Counted from the stretch's first letter, positions 10,296-21,200 are shown. The stretch: DNA of 64,000 nucleotides from Tolypothrix carrinoi HA7290-LM1 (GCA_019358935.1 JAHHIK010000024.1:1-64000), one strand, 5' to 3'. The notes: generated by a model not told the origin, from the sequence alone. Numbers and translations are program-made.

Positions 10296-11314
10296 TACAG
10301 CGAATTGCAGGTTTATGAGGTACAGTAACAACAGTTTGTAAACCAGTTTTTTAAATGTTTAGGATTAATCAAATGGAGTGCGAACGCAATTAAAACGTCA
10401 AGCATTTTTGCAGTAGTTGGAGAAAATTGTCGTAAAAAAGCCTTCAGCTGTGACCACCAATGTTCGATAGGATTAAAGTCAGGAGAATAGGGAGATTGAT
10501 AAAGAACACTTGCGTCAACCGATTGAATTAAAGGTTCTATTTCCTTCACTTTATGGGCTGGAACATTATCCATAACAACTACAGCACCTTCCCATAATTG
10601 AGGAAGCAGACACTTCTGAACAAAGACTTTAAACACGTTTCCATTCATTGAACCATTCAGAGTCATAACAGCCAAAACTTGTTTCAAGCTAATGGCCCCA
10701 ATTACTGTCACCTTGGCTCCTCGGTAAAATGGTTTAAAATCATACGTCCTACTTCCATAAACACTTCTGGCATGGGTTCGTGTAAAACCCAATAAAACAC
10801 CCATTTAATCTATAAAAACTAAGTTTTCTGGGTCTACTTGCTTAACTTGCTGCCAATACTCACTTCTCAACTTTTGGACTCTTTCTGTCTTTGCTTGGCT
10901 GCTGCGTAGCGTCTTTTTTTTAGTGTTAGTTTTTGTTTTTTCAATGCACGACACATCGTACTCGTACTGAGCCAATGATTATAAGTTATACCCCAATATT
11001 CACAGTATTTTAATAATGTTGCATCTGGATACTTTTCAACCATTGCAGCTAGTTGAGCTGAATATCCATCCAACTCTCCTTTCATTGCTCCACCTTGTTG
11101 TTTCGGTTCTACATGGCCCTGAGCTTTCTTCATGGAGAGCAGTTTTTGTACAAAGCTTTTAGCTACACCAAATCTATCAGCCACCTTCCTGATTGAGCTG
11201 TCTTCCTGTTCGTAGGCCTTTACTATTTTTCTCGCAAGTCGATGGAGTAAGCTTTCATTTTAAGAGTTGATGTACTAAATATTAGTGTACCTCATTTACC
11301 TGCAATATGCTGTA
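10296..11314 (-). mobile_element. IS630-family insertion sequence, inactivated
   Basis: TIRs TACAGCGAATTGCAGGTTTATGAGGTACA / TACAGCATATTGCAGGTAAATGAGGTACA with TA at both ends. Transposase motifs MDN...HK and YSPDFNPIE. Confidence 0.93.
10313..11258 (-). pseudogene. IS630 transposase (orfA/orfB) with frameshift and nonsense mutation
   Basis: MKAYSIDLREK is followed by an early TAG (one A lost). A-rich slippery site at LKKR. VFID-TAA replaces the FIDE motif. Confidence 0.88.
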
Positions 11315-11885
11315 TAAAATCAACTGTAAGTCTTATAATATACGAACTGAAGAGTATGAACTTGATTCTTTAGAAGAACTAAAAGAATTAGGTACTTCCG
11401 AGTGAAATTTTGTTAAATTTGATTCAAGCAATCCTCACATACATTTAGAGATATCATTTAAGGGCACAAGAATTTACAGTCATGAAGATGATGTAGCTTC
11501 TAGAGGAATAGTTAGTAAATTAGAAGATATTCTCAAATACCGGAGAAGCCCATTAATTTATTCTGCTAGTACATGGTCATGGTTTATTTCTGTGACTATA
11601 TTGATACTTAGTTACTTACTATTAGGAGATTTAATTAAAGTTAACGTAATTTTAGATGACGCTATTACAGTATTAGAATTGTTACTATTAATAATTCAGA
11701 TATTTTTCTGAAAATTTGGTTTTGCCAAACTCCCAGTGTTTTATGTAAAAAGTATAAATGAAAAAACCAACTTTTTCGTACAACATAAAAATCAAATTCT
11801 ACTTTTGTTTATAGGAGGTTTAATAACTTTAACAGTGCAACTTTTAGTTCAGTGGTTAAAACAAAGCATATTTAATGCGCTCTAA
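11313..11885 (+). pseudogene. AT-rich membrane protein remnant, 5'-truncated by IS630
   Basis: One 191-codon frame with two in-frame TGA stops and three hydrophobic segments. Begins exactly at the IS630 end. Confidence 0.6.
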
Positions 11886-11937
11886 CGGTAGACTTACAGG
11901 TAGTAAGTAGAGCGATCGCACCCCGGCATCCCAACCC

Positions 11938-12343
11938 TTAATTCGTCCAAAGTGATAACTCCAACTGCCCAGGTGAGGTATTCGTTCTGCCTCGCGCTCG
12001 ACTGTGCAACGCAAGGTGGCATGGCGATTATGGAGTTGTCATGGGTTACGTTGTAGAAGAATTTCACCTAAGTCAGTCACATCAAGGCTTCTACGACGTG
12101 GATTCTACATAATGGCGAACAAAGCGGAATTAAGTTCTCTGGTCGGTTATCTTCAGGCGTAAAATTGGCGTGGTGTACCGACAGCGTTAGTACAGTCCAC
12201 TCAGAGCGTGACAATTCCTTTGTCTTCTCACCTGGGCGCAGACATTGCTGATTGCAGTGCCGACAGCGCCAAGAAGCTGCCGCCTTAGCAGCAAGTGCTA
12301 TTTCATCCCAGTCATCCGCGTATCGCTCTCTATAAATAGGCAT
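11938..12343 (-). pseudogene. Small HNH endonuclease interrupted by an 85-bp insertion
   Basis: CRHC...LSVHH...DNRPENLIPLCSP|CHLALHSRARGRTNTSPGQLELSLWTN* is restored in frame when the insert and one TSD copy are removed. Confidence 0.85.
12028..12112. mobile_element. 85-bp MITE-like insertion with 6-bp TSD
   Basis: Ends TTATGGAG / CTACATAA. Direct repeat TGGCGA at 12022-12027 and 12113-12118. Confidence 0.8.
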
Positions 12344-12566
12344 TTCTACTCAATATAAATTCAGCAGTTGGGGAATTTTAACAACTTTACCAAGTTTTGG
12401 TATCAGCTTCAGCACCTGAAATCATGACAAACAGAGCGATCGCAATTAGGGGCGCGAGTATTAATGGATGCTGTTGGCGAAATATTTCGTTACATTTCAG
12501 AATAGAAAACCCAATGCAAGGAAAAACATTGAGCTTTACTTTTTCAGACAGATTTTTTAGCAACCA

Positions 12567-13091
12567 TTAAAAACTTTCTTTTAGGAGTTTTAGCTCGGCA
12601 ATCATTCTATTTAAAGCTTTTTGGGCTGTTTTATAAGCCTGAGCCTGTCGCCCTAATTTCAATTCAGATAAAATGCGATCGCGTATCGCCTCATAATCTA
12701 CAGCATCATACACTTTGGTAATGGCTGACCGTTCCTTAAGTTCAGAGTTACGTGAAGTGAGATCCTGTACTTGGGCTTTAAGCACCTCTATCTCTTGTTC
12801 ATACCGTGTAATACTTGGTAATAGCTCTGATGATTTCCAAGTATTACACGGTAAAGTTTCCGCACCCTCCCATGTATTACACGGTATTAGCTTTCTTCTA
12901 ACTATTTCCTCCAGGTAGTCGGCTCTACTTAATCCCAAACATTCAGAGGCAATACCTAATTCCTTCCATGTATCATCTGTTAACCGGACAGAACGAACCT
13001 CACGGTAGTCCGAGTTTTTTATAGCAAACTTACCTTGAATATCCCTTTTCATTGGACTTTTATCCATGTAATACACGGAATAACTTACCAA
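12567..13091 (-). CDS. Putative RHH/coiled-coil DNA-binding protein (passenger of the IS1182 element)
   Basis: VRSVRLTDDTWKELGIASECLGLSRADYLEEIVR is RHH-like, followed by a coiled coil. Likely start at MDKSP or MKRD. Confidence 0.6.
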   Translation of the reverse strand: MVSYSVYYMDKSPMKRDIQGKFAIKNSDYREVRSVRLTDDTWKELGIASECLGLSRADYLEEIVRRKLIPCNTWEGAETLPCNTWKSSELLPSITRYEQEIEVLKAQVQDLTSRNSELKERSAITKVYDAVDYEAIRDRILSELKLGRQAQAYKTAQKALNRMIAELKLLKESF

Positions 13092-13161
13092 AAAAGGTCA
13101 ACCCCGCCAACCGTGTATTACATGGAAATGTTTGATTTCAAAGGTACGTATCTCTGTTGTT

Positions 13162-14838
13162 TTAAGTGGCGGCTAGTGCTGCAAAGCGTGATATTCTGGT
13201 CGCAGCGTGAGGTATTCCATCTAACCAAGACACTGTACGAACAACATTAATCGCAACCGCAGTGATAATGTGCTGTAGTCGAACTTTTGGTAAGTTTCGG
13301 TAACGTGCTTGTCGTAAACCAAAAGCATTTATTCCTTGTGATAAAGTTCCTTCGACACCAGCACGAGTGTTATAGCGCTCTTTCCATTCATCAGTATCTT
13401 GAGCAGAGCGAATAGTTTGAATAATTTGGTGTTCTTCTTCTGGACGTAATCTTAATTTTCTTGGCTCACTTTCACTTTTTGATTTGATACACAAGTGCCT
13501 AAAATCACAACGGCGGCAGACTTTGGAGGGAAACTTAACGTTAATTCCTGAATTGCCCCAATTATCTATTGCAGGAGTCCAAGTCGTACTTTTTTGACCT
13601 TGAGGACAGGTGACTGTTTTTGCCTCCCAATCAACTGTAAATTTACTGATGTCATACCCACCTGGCGTTTTTGCTTGCCAACTAACGTTTGGACGAACTG
13701 GACCAATAAGTTCTATATCAAAATCGATTTGACTTTTTATCAGTAATTCGCTGTCTACGTAACCTGCATCGACAATATGTTCTCTTGGTGATAAGCCTTT
13801 TGATTCAAGGGATAGATGAATTGCTTCTGTTTGGTCTACGTCAGAAAATTGGGCTTGGGTCGTCTCAACATTTGTAATTAAATGAACATCATTAGCATCA
13901 CAAGTTTCAGTGATATGTACCTTGTAACCAGTCCAAGTTGTACTGCGTTTATTGGCATAACGAGCATCAGTATCGTAAGGAGAGTCAAAACGATCGCCTG
14001 CTTTTGGTAAGTCTGCTGCATTACGCCAACGCAATTTACCAATTGTATCTAATGGTACGTCTGTGTAATCTATATAATATTGATGTAGCCAGGTTTGGCG
14101 GAGAATTTCAATTGCTGGAATCTGTCGCAGCCATTGGGGCGTTGTTGACGATTCGTAGATAGATATTAATAGCTGCATACCATCATTACCAATTGTTTCA
14201 GCTAACGAGTACCTCGCTTCAATCCCTTTGGGTAAGCGGTACTCGTCTACAGCACGTCCGTAACGTTCAAACCACTCGTTTGGAACCCATGAAAGTAACC
14301 AGTCTGATGCTACGGTGGCGACCGCATTTAATGCAGCGCGTAAGGTTTCGGCTACGTTTTCAAGGCGATTTAAATTGCGAACTGCTGCCAGCACGTGAGT
14401 TGAATCAGTGCGCTGTTTTCCTTTGTCTTTTATGATACCTTTTTCTTGAAGCTGCTTTAACAAAATATCCAGTAATTTTTGTTCTACACCTCCTGCTATT
14501 AGTCGCCCTCTAAATTCGCATAGTACGCTAAAATCAAAGCCGGGGTCAGTTAGTTCTAGAGAAAGTGCATACTTCCAATCAATTCGACCGCGCACTGCAT
14601 CCGCAGCTTGCCTATCAGTCATGTCATTGATGTATTGCAATACACATACTAAAGCTAATCGCCAAGGGCTAAAAGCTGGTTGACCTTGTGTTGAGAATAG
14701 AGCTTCAAAGTCTTTATCGCAAAAGATAGTACCGATAGAATCCCTCATTTTTATACAAGTGTTGCCTTTAGGAAAGGCTAAACGAGCAATGCGTGCTGTT
14801 TCTTCTGGGATTGGATCGATTTCTTGAAGTTGAATCAT
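13162..14838 (-). CDS. IS1182-family DDE transposase
   Basis: QRTDSTHV, WTGYKVHITETCD, HIVDAGY, YNTRAGVEGTLSQG, GLRQARYR motifs. Intact 558 aa. Confidence 0.92.
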   Translation of the reverse strand: MIQLQEIDPIPEETARIARLAFPKGNTCIKMRDSIGTIFCDKDFEALFSTQGQPAFSPWRLALVCVLQYINDMTDRQAADAVRGRIDWKYALSLELTDPGFDFSVLCEFRGRLIAGGVEQKLLDILLKQLQEKGIIKDKGKQRTDSTHVLAAVRNLNRLENVAETLRAALNAVATVASDWLLSWVPNEWFERYGRAVDEYRLPKGIEARYSLAETIGNDGMQLLISIYESSTTPQWLRQIPAIEILRQTWLHQYYIDYTDVPLDTIGKLRWRNAADLPKAGDRFDSPYDTDARYANKRSTTWTGYKVHITETCDANDVHLITNVETTQAQFSDVDQTEAIHLSLESKGLSPREHIVDAGYVDSELLIKSQIDFDIELIGPVRPNVSWQAKTPGGYDISKFTVDWEAKTVTCPQGQKSTTWTPAIDNWGNSGINVKFPSKVCRRCDFRHLCIKSKSESEPRKLRLRPEEEHQIIQTIRSAQDTDEWKERYNTRAGVEGTLSQGINAFGLRQARYRNLPKVRLQHIITAVAINVVRTVSWLDGIPHAATRISRFAALAAT

Positions 14839-15142
14839 TACTATTCTCCACCAGTAGACACCCTAACGATACAAATAATCGAACCATACCCAGAGGCTTA
14901 TTTTTTCGCATACCCATTGGCAACTGGAATACACATTCACAAGTTGAATCTTTAACAAGAATGATAATCAACTTTTAGGGGAGAGGCGAACATAACTCGC
15001 CTCTCCCCCTCCCTATTTTAGGATTATCATTTTCATTGCTATATGAGGTGTTAATAACACACCTGTAGTCAATCAGCGGAAATACTTCACTTGAAATGTA
15101 ACGAAATATTTCGCCAACAGCATCCATTGATACTCACGCCCC

Positions 15143-15388
15143 ATACCCCAATCTTCAATGAAGGCAAAGAGTGAGGGTTGCACCTGTAAAATCAGTTCCA
15201 TCGAGTTGCGTCTGCTTCAGATTTGCTCTTGATAAATCAGCATCTTGTAAGTTGGCTTCACTAAGGTTGGTAGCGACAAAGCTAGCATCAACTAAGGAAG
15301 CTCCACGGGGAGCAACGCTCTTAGGTGTGTTTTCGGGATTTGCTTGTAAGGCATCCCCTACACTGTGTAAATATACATCAAGACTCAC
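15143..15388 (-). pseudogene. Pentapeptide repeat protein fragment
   Basis: ASLVDASFVATNLSEANLQDADLSRANLKQTQLDGTDFTGATLT. A frameshifted AFIEDWG stops at the outer inverted repeat of the IS1182 element. Confidence 0.75.
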
Positions 15389-15518
15389 TCATAGGCTTTT
15401 GGAGAGATGAGGTCAGAAATTTTTGTACCATTTCACTTTGATTTTGATGCACTTGGCATCACCGTGCCAAAACGGGAAAATTGTACGCTAAGGCTGAAAC
15501 CCATATCAAAAAAGCATT

Positions 15519-16824
15519 TCAGCGATACTTGTTTTCCTTGACCCGCAAAGGACGCAACTTGTCAAAACTGGTAGCCTGTTTCAAATTCCAGACATAATCG
15601 CCAGTAAGATTGATATGCTCCCACCCCAATGGTGACAAATGTTGTAAGTGTTCTTCAGGAATATCCATTCCCTGTTGTTTTAAATAATCCACGGCTTTTT
15701 CTAAGTAGACCGTATTCCACATCGGATACTTGTTCGCCGGAATGTAAATGCGTAAAATGCTTAGTGAATTGCGTCCAAGAATCAACTTCTACTAACAAAT
15801 CAGTCAACTTAATTCTTGGCAGTAAACTATGAACTTTTCTGCTAAATCCATCAATCTCCTTCGGCACAGCATTGGTGAGAGGAGTGATAATTAACATCTC
15901 ATTTTCTATCCTGACATCAACCAGTTTCTTCTCTGCCATTAAAGAAGAAACAAGCGATAATTGTTCAGACAATTCGAGTGAGCGTTGTTCAATATAGGTA
16001 GTAAAATCCGTCATCACTGCCACAGGTATAGTGTTAGAAGAACGCATTGACTGCCATGAACTATCTGCTAACAAATAATCCTCAAAATCTTGGAACTGCT
16101 TCGAGCCTGCTACCCAAATATCCCCAGAACGCAAACCACTACGTAACTCAGCTAAAGCACACATCTCATAGTAGTGACGGTCAATAGTATCGCCCTTAAT
16201 TACGTGTTTTGACCAACGAGGTTTAACGAAACTAGTGTCCGCAGATTCCGGTACTTTTCGACCGCCTGATATATTTAATTCTTTAATGACCTCCAAAGCT
16301 TTTATCACTGGTAAACTGGCTCCGGTAGCTTTAAACTCAAAGGTCTCCAACAATTTAGGCGTATACCGTCGTAATTGTGAATAACGGTTATCAAGCAATT
16401 CAAGATAATCAAAATCTGCGGGTCTGGCTAGTTTTTCAGCTTCAGCAACAGTACTGATAAATTTCTCCCAATCCAATACAGACTCAATCGCTTGATAGGC
16501 ATCATTGGACTCATCTCTAGCTGCAATTAGCGCCTTACCCACTTGAGCATACAATCGGACTTTCTCATTAATCGCTTTCCCATCACGTTGAAACTTATCG
16601 CCGTGCTGATGCTCACTTTTGTTAAACAATTTACCCATCATTTTATCGTGCATACCTATGGCATAATCGACCAATGACGCGCTCCATTCAATGAGAAAAG
16701 CAACTAAAATAGCATAGCGTCTCAGTTCATCTAACCTAGATAGGTGAGCAGGTGTAGACATAGAATCGGGAATTTCAGTAAATTGTAGTCGCTGTGCTGG
16801 AGATAAAAGTTCGCGCGTTGCCAA
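15519..16824 (-). pseudogene. tnpA: Tn3-family transposase with two internal deletions
   Basis: Motifs YEMCALAELRSGLRSGDIWVAGSKQF, LPRIKLTDLLVEVDSWTQF and C-terminal WNTVYLEKAV...SPLGWEHINLTGDY. Only ~440 of the usual ~1000 codons remain; the DDE core is absent. Confidence 0.9.
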
Positions 16825-16846
16825 TTAAATACCTGTATATTTGATT

Positions 16847-17317
16847 TCAAGCAGTAGTTTGATTTTGTTTGTAATTCGCGCCGCAGTAAGGGCAAAATTT
16901 GAATTTCAGCGACATAATTGGTTCGTTGCAACTAACACAGCGATTCCGTAAGGCTGTACCACAAGCAAAGCAATACTTTGACCGTAAGTCAGTCCACATT
17001 TGGTCAGGGGTAGTTCCTGGAGTCCAACATTTTGGGCAAAATTTTAACGTAGTTATTGTTTCTGGGGAGACTTTCTTCGCCGCCGCATCCAAGTATTCCG
17101 GTGGTATTCCCAACGCAGAAGCCAGACCACCTTTAGCCTTTTGATTGAGCCTCGAAGTTTGTCCACCTTCAATTTTGCGGATAGTCTGGATATGTATCCC
17201 CGCTTTGAAACTCAACTCTTTTTGGGTTAAAGAAAGATGACCTCGCAATCTCTGGACGTAATTAGCAAGCCCTTCTTCCCCCGTGGGAAGCGTCGAATGT
17301 TCTGTTATCACTATCAA
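16847..17317 (-). CDS. XRE-HTH / double zinc-ribbon protein
   Basis: LTQKELSFKAGIHIQTIRKIEGG HTH; four CxxC pairs (CPKC, CFAC, CVSC, CPYC). Confidence 0.85.
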   Translation of the reverse strand: MIVITEHSTLPTGEEGLANYVQRLRGHLSLTQKELSFKAGIHIQTIRKIEGGQTSRLNQKAKGGLASALGIPPEYLDAAAKKVSPETITTLKFCPKCWTPGTTPDQMWTDLRSKYCFACGTALRNRCVSCNEPIMSLKFKFCPYCGANYKQNQTTA

Positions 17318-17400
17318 AATATATCTAAAAGTATATTTATTAATAATAATTATATATCTACACTTTTATTCAAATAAATTGCCAAAAACCTCTCTTCGTA

Positions 17401-18294
17401 ATGATGACTTTAGCTGCTTTAGCCACCGCGTTTTTAGAACGTCCGGGGCTAGCCAAAAGTACTCTACGTTCTTATGAGTCTACGATTATCCCCTTACTCA
17501 AGGAGTATGGTCGATGGTCAATATAAATCATTGACCGACAAATCTTGGTAGAATACCTCAATGATCTAACTGATGTTTCCTATACTACCCACCACCGTCA
17601 TCAAGCTGTAATCACGGCTTTGTTCAACTTTGCTGTTGATATGGGATATGTCAAATCCAATCCAGTTGCGGGACTCGCAAGACGCAAACCCATTCGAGAG
17701 CAAGGAGAACACGCTACGGATGAATTGGTTCGTTATCTTACTCCTACTCAGTTAAGTGTCCTGTATCAAATGATCAAGCCAGATGTGCGAATGTCTGCGT
17801 TGGTGCGTTTGTTGCATACCAGTGGCGCTAGAATTGCTGAGATACTGGCTCTAAATTTAGATGACATAGACCTCAAAACCCGGAAATTTCAGGTGATTGG
17901 GAAAGGTAACAAGCAACGGTGGTGTTTTTACAGTGAAGTGACTTCTTTTAGTCTAAATTACTACATTAAATATTATAGACACCCCAACCATTCAGCACTA
18001 TTTACTGCTCAACAGCCAAAAACTTTGGTTGTCTCCCGTCTGTCATACCGGATGGTGCATAAATCTTGGACTAACCTTATTGGGGAAACTCCGGAACTCC
18101 AAGAAATTCGTATTCACGACCTACGGCATACTTTTGCTACAGAGCGAGTGGGGCTAATGGGGATTGAAGAACTCAGGGCGCTCATGGGACATGAAAGCAT
18201 TCAGACAACATTACGGTATCAGAAAGTCACATCCCTTCGTGCTGAAGAAGTAGCACAATTGGCGTTTAAAAACTTACAAAATTTTTCGGAATAA
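17401..18294 (+). pseudogene. Tyrosine recombinase (resolvase of the Tn3 element) with premature stop
   Basis: Catalytic motifs SGARIAE, GKGNKQR, HDLRHTFAT, MGHESIQTTLRY. The frame opens at ATG 17401 (MMTLAALATAFLERPGL) with TAA at 17524-17526. Confidence 0.85.
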
Positions 18295-18878
18295 TTTCAG
18301 TATATAGCTTAATTATGTGGATATAAAAAATACTTTTTTTACCAAAAACTATCAAGGTGCAGGGAATATATACTACTCTGCACCAATAAAATGAGGGTAA
18401 TCAGCCGATCTTCGGGTGAAGGGTGAAAAGTCAGTGGCTAAGATGCTTCCTGGGCAACGCTTTCAGCCTTAGCGTACAATTTTCCCGTTTTGGCACGGTG
18501 ATGCCCACTTGCCTTTCATTTATTTCTGTTGATTGAGTGAGTGTATTGCTCGTTTGAACCGATACTTGAAAACAGCTAAAAAATACTCCTAAAGTCAACA
18601 AGGCTGTTGATTAATAACTCTTCAGCCAAATGAATGCAATACCATCATGTTGGATAGAATCGTAAGAGTTAATTTTTAGCTCGAAAGCTCAAAACCCTCT
18701 CTCTATTTTATTTATGGGCAAGCGCGTGCATTTTTTTCAATTACGATTCACGCTTTCAAAGTCAAAAGTAAATTCAGTGGGATTTGAGTTAACTGGATTT
18801 GGGTTAAGTGGAGTGTAAACTACCCACCACCATAGCTGTACTCAGCTATGGTGGGGGCTTTCAGAAGCCCTAGAAATA

Positions 18879-20283
18879 TCAAATAAGCGATCGTTGCACG
18901 TACTCAGATTTTCTCCCAATACGCACATCTAGCTTACAAGACAATCCCGAACCACGAGGCTGGTTTACAATCACAGCCCCAATTGCAGAAATATTTTTTG
19001 CACCATTCAAATCAGCGTCACCAATCCATCCACAATGGCCACAAGCAAACTTCTTAGCACTGCGATACGATTCACCCTTTACTGGATGAACGTGCAAGCA
19101 GTTGTGGCAAGTTTGACTTGTATAGCGCGGGTCAACAAAAACCAGCTTCACCCCAAACTTGATCGCTTTGTAGGTTATGAATTGCCGCAACTGATAAAAA
19201 CTCCAACTGTTAGACAATCGGCGTTCTCGTTTACTACGCGGCAAACTGTTTGTGCGTTCCCTAATTCCTGTCAATTCTTCCAAGGCAATCGTCGCTTTTG
19301 TTGTCTTGGCAGACTTTACAAGTTGATAGCTGGTAACGTGATTAATGTGAGCCTGAAAGCGCCGTTCTTTGCCCGACAACCGTTGCTGAAGTTTTCGGCA
19401 TCTACGCCGACCACTTCTTGTGCCTTTCGCAGCTTTGTGCTGGAGTTGCGCCCTAACTTTGGCGTACTTGTCTCGAATCTTGGTTATACTTTGTCCACTG
19501 AATTTATCTCCATCAGAAGTAACCGCAATGTCTGTTCTCCCTAGATCAACGCCCAAAACTTTATCGGTCTGTTCAGGTGTTGGTGGTTCAGACTCAAGCT
19601 GAATATTCAGGTAGTATGTGCCATTATTGCGCAGGGCAAACGCATCTTGTCAACAAGAGCCTCTAAATGTCAATAAAGTCCAAAAGAATCGCATTAATGC
19701 CCGCTTATTGACAAGTCTGTTAGCGATCGCTTAACCCCTGAAAAACCAATTCCCCCAATAAATTCTTGTTCTCCCGTTGATACACTAATTAACTTTTTTG
19801 TCAAGACTAATTAAGATGCGTTTGCCCTGCATTATTGCGTTTTACTAAAGTCGCTGTTTTAGGGTTTTGTGCCTTCAACAATCCCCTTTGGTAATTACCA
19901 ATGGCAAGTTTAAACCTTTCCCTGCCACCAATCAATGTTAAGCTAGCCGTCCAGTCTTTCTCTCGAAAGCTGAACGTTCTTACATCGTAAGTAGCCGAGG
20001 TTGGAGCAAACTTTGTGACAGCAAACCCTTTTTGCTTGGCGGTTTTGCGATTTCCAGACACTCTCCTTACCGCATGAATAGCCAACTGAGAAGACAATCC
20101 AAACAATGCCCTGACATCGTGATAAACCAAAGACTGCATCGCCAGTTCGTTTACTAAAGTTAGTGGTGCAGTCTTGTTCACGTATTCGCAAGCATCCGCG
20201 AAAGCCTGCAACGTTGCATCAATTTTGGCAATTTGCTCAGATGTGACTTGGATTTTGCAGGATACTGTCAGGACTTGCTTCAT
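18879..20283 (-). pseudogene. tnpB: TnpB RNA-guided nuclease split by a MITE
   Basis: RuvC motifs GVDLG, IALEEL, DADLNGAKNI and zinc finger TSQTCHNC...CGHC. The halves join as LVKRNN|GTYYLNIQLE after removing the insert. Confidence 0.92.
19632..19829. mobile_element. 198-bp ISAs1-type MITE
   Basis: 17-bp perfect TIR CAGGGCAAACGCATCTT. 10-bp TSD CATTATTGCG at 19622-19631 and 19830-19839. Confidence 0.9.
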
Positions 20284-20383
20284 CCCATCATGATATCTCA
20301 ATACATGAATATTGTAAATTGCTCAACTGCCCTCCTTTCCTCATCTGTCTATGGCAAATATTTGTTGGAGGACGTTTCACAAT

Positions 20384-21169
20384 TTATGCGCAATTCCTCT
20401 TGCCACCAATCCGAGTAGAGATATGGTTGGGGACTTCTTGCTGTTTGAGCTGAGGAACTTTAAATTTGAATTTTTCAAGTCCCAATTGTCTTAAAGAAGA
20501 AACCACAGATAAGGGCAACTTGACACTTGCGGCTGCTTTAGAAATTGGTGTTCTATTCCGTACCAATGCCAAAAATTCACGCACTTTAAAGACAACCGGG
20601 TCATCGGTTGCTGTATAACCCAAGGCGATCGCAACTTGTAAACCTCTTTCAATGTCGTTGAGTGTGGCAATTTGGTTACTTCCTACCAACCCAGTTTGTT
20701 CGACTTCGGGAGTTATCGCAGATATAGAAATGCCACTGTAGCTCGGTGTACCAGAACCAGGAACGATATTGAAAGTGTAGAGGTGTTGTTGTCCATTTGG
20801 AGTGCGGGTCTTGATAGACAAATTAGTGATGACTGCTGAAGTTGCACCTGGAAAGCGCAACGGCTTAATCACCTTTACAAACACAGTTTTTGCCTGATTA
20901 CTGCTGAGTTCAGCATCAGTGTTGTAAACAGTGCGTGAAGGATCGGCTATCAGAATGTAAGTGATGACTTCGTTGGTCTGGGAAAAATCAATAGCTGTAG
21001 AACGACCAGCCCAAACTTGTAAGTTTGTAGTACTTGCCGCTGCTGCTTCTTGCCCGATGACGTGCAAAGCTGGTGTTTGTGCCAGTGTCCGTAACGGGGA
21101 AAGTACGGTAGCAGTTGTTGTTAACGAAGAAAAAGCGCACGCAAGTAAGATAGCTTTTAATTTTTTCAT
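20384..21169 (-). CDS. Exported conjugation protein (VirB9-like by position)
   Basis: Signal peptide and beta-rich domain. Last gene of the T4SS operon. C-terminus probably altered by the tnpB element. Confidence 0.55.
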   Translation of the reverse strand: MKKLKAILLACAFSSLTTTATVLSPLRTLAQTPALHVIGQEAAAASTTNLQVWAGRSTAIDFSQTNEVITYILIADPSRTVYNTDAELSSNQAKTVFVKVIKPLRFPGATSAVITNLSIKTRTPNGQQHLYTFNIVPGSGTPSYSGISISAITPEVEQTGLVGSNQIATLNDIERGLQVAIALGYTATDDPVVFKVREFLALVRNRTPISKAAASVKLPLSVVSSLRQLGLEKFKFKVPQLKQQEVPNHISTRIGGKRNCA

Positions 21170-21200
21170 CTATTTTTCCTCCAGGTGACTTTTGTTATAA

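Larger units (their letters stand above)
12449..15142 (-). mobile_element. IS1182-family element carrying a passenger gene
   Basis: 34-bp inverted repeat GGATGCTGTTGGCGAAATATTTCGTTACATTTCA (starts 12466, ends 15125), extended outward by imperfect GGGGCG(C/T)GAGTAT(T/C)AAT. Encloses the transposase and 12567..13091. Confidence 0.85.
15455..18505. mobile_element. Tn3-family transposon, internally deleted and non-autonomous, with tyrosine recombinase
   Basis: Perfect 45-bp TIR GGCATCACCGTGCCAAAACGGGAAAATTGTACGCTAAGGCTGAAA at both ends. 5-bp TSD CACTT at 15450-15454 and 18506-18510. Confidence 0.95.
18815..20440 (-). mobile_element. IS200/IS605-family tnpB-only element
   Basis: Right-end hairpin ccaccatagctg..cagctatggtgg near 18828-18855, ending GTAGTTTAC on the minus strand. 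Left end approximate (caagaagtcccc...gaggaattgcg). No tnpA. Confidence 0.7.
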
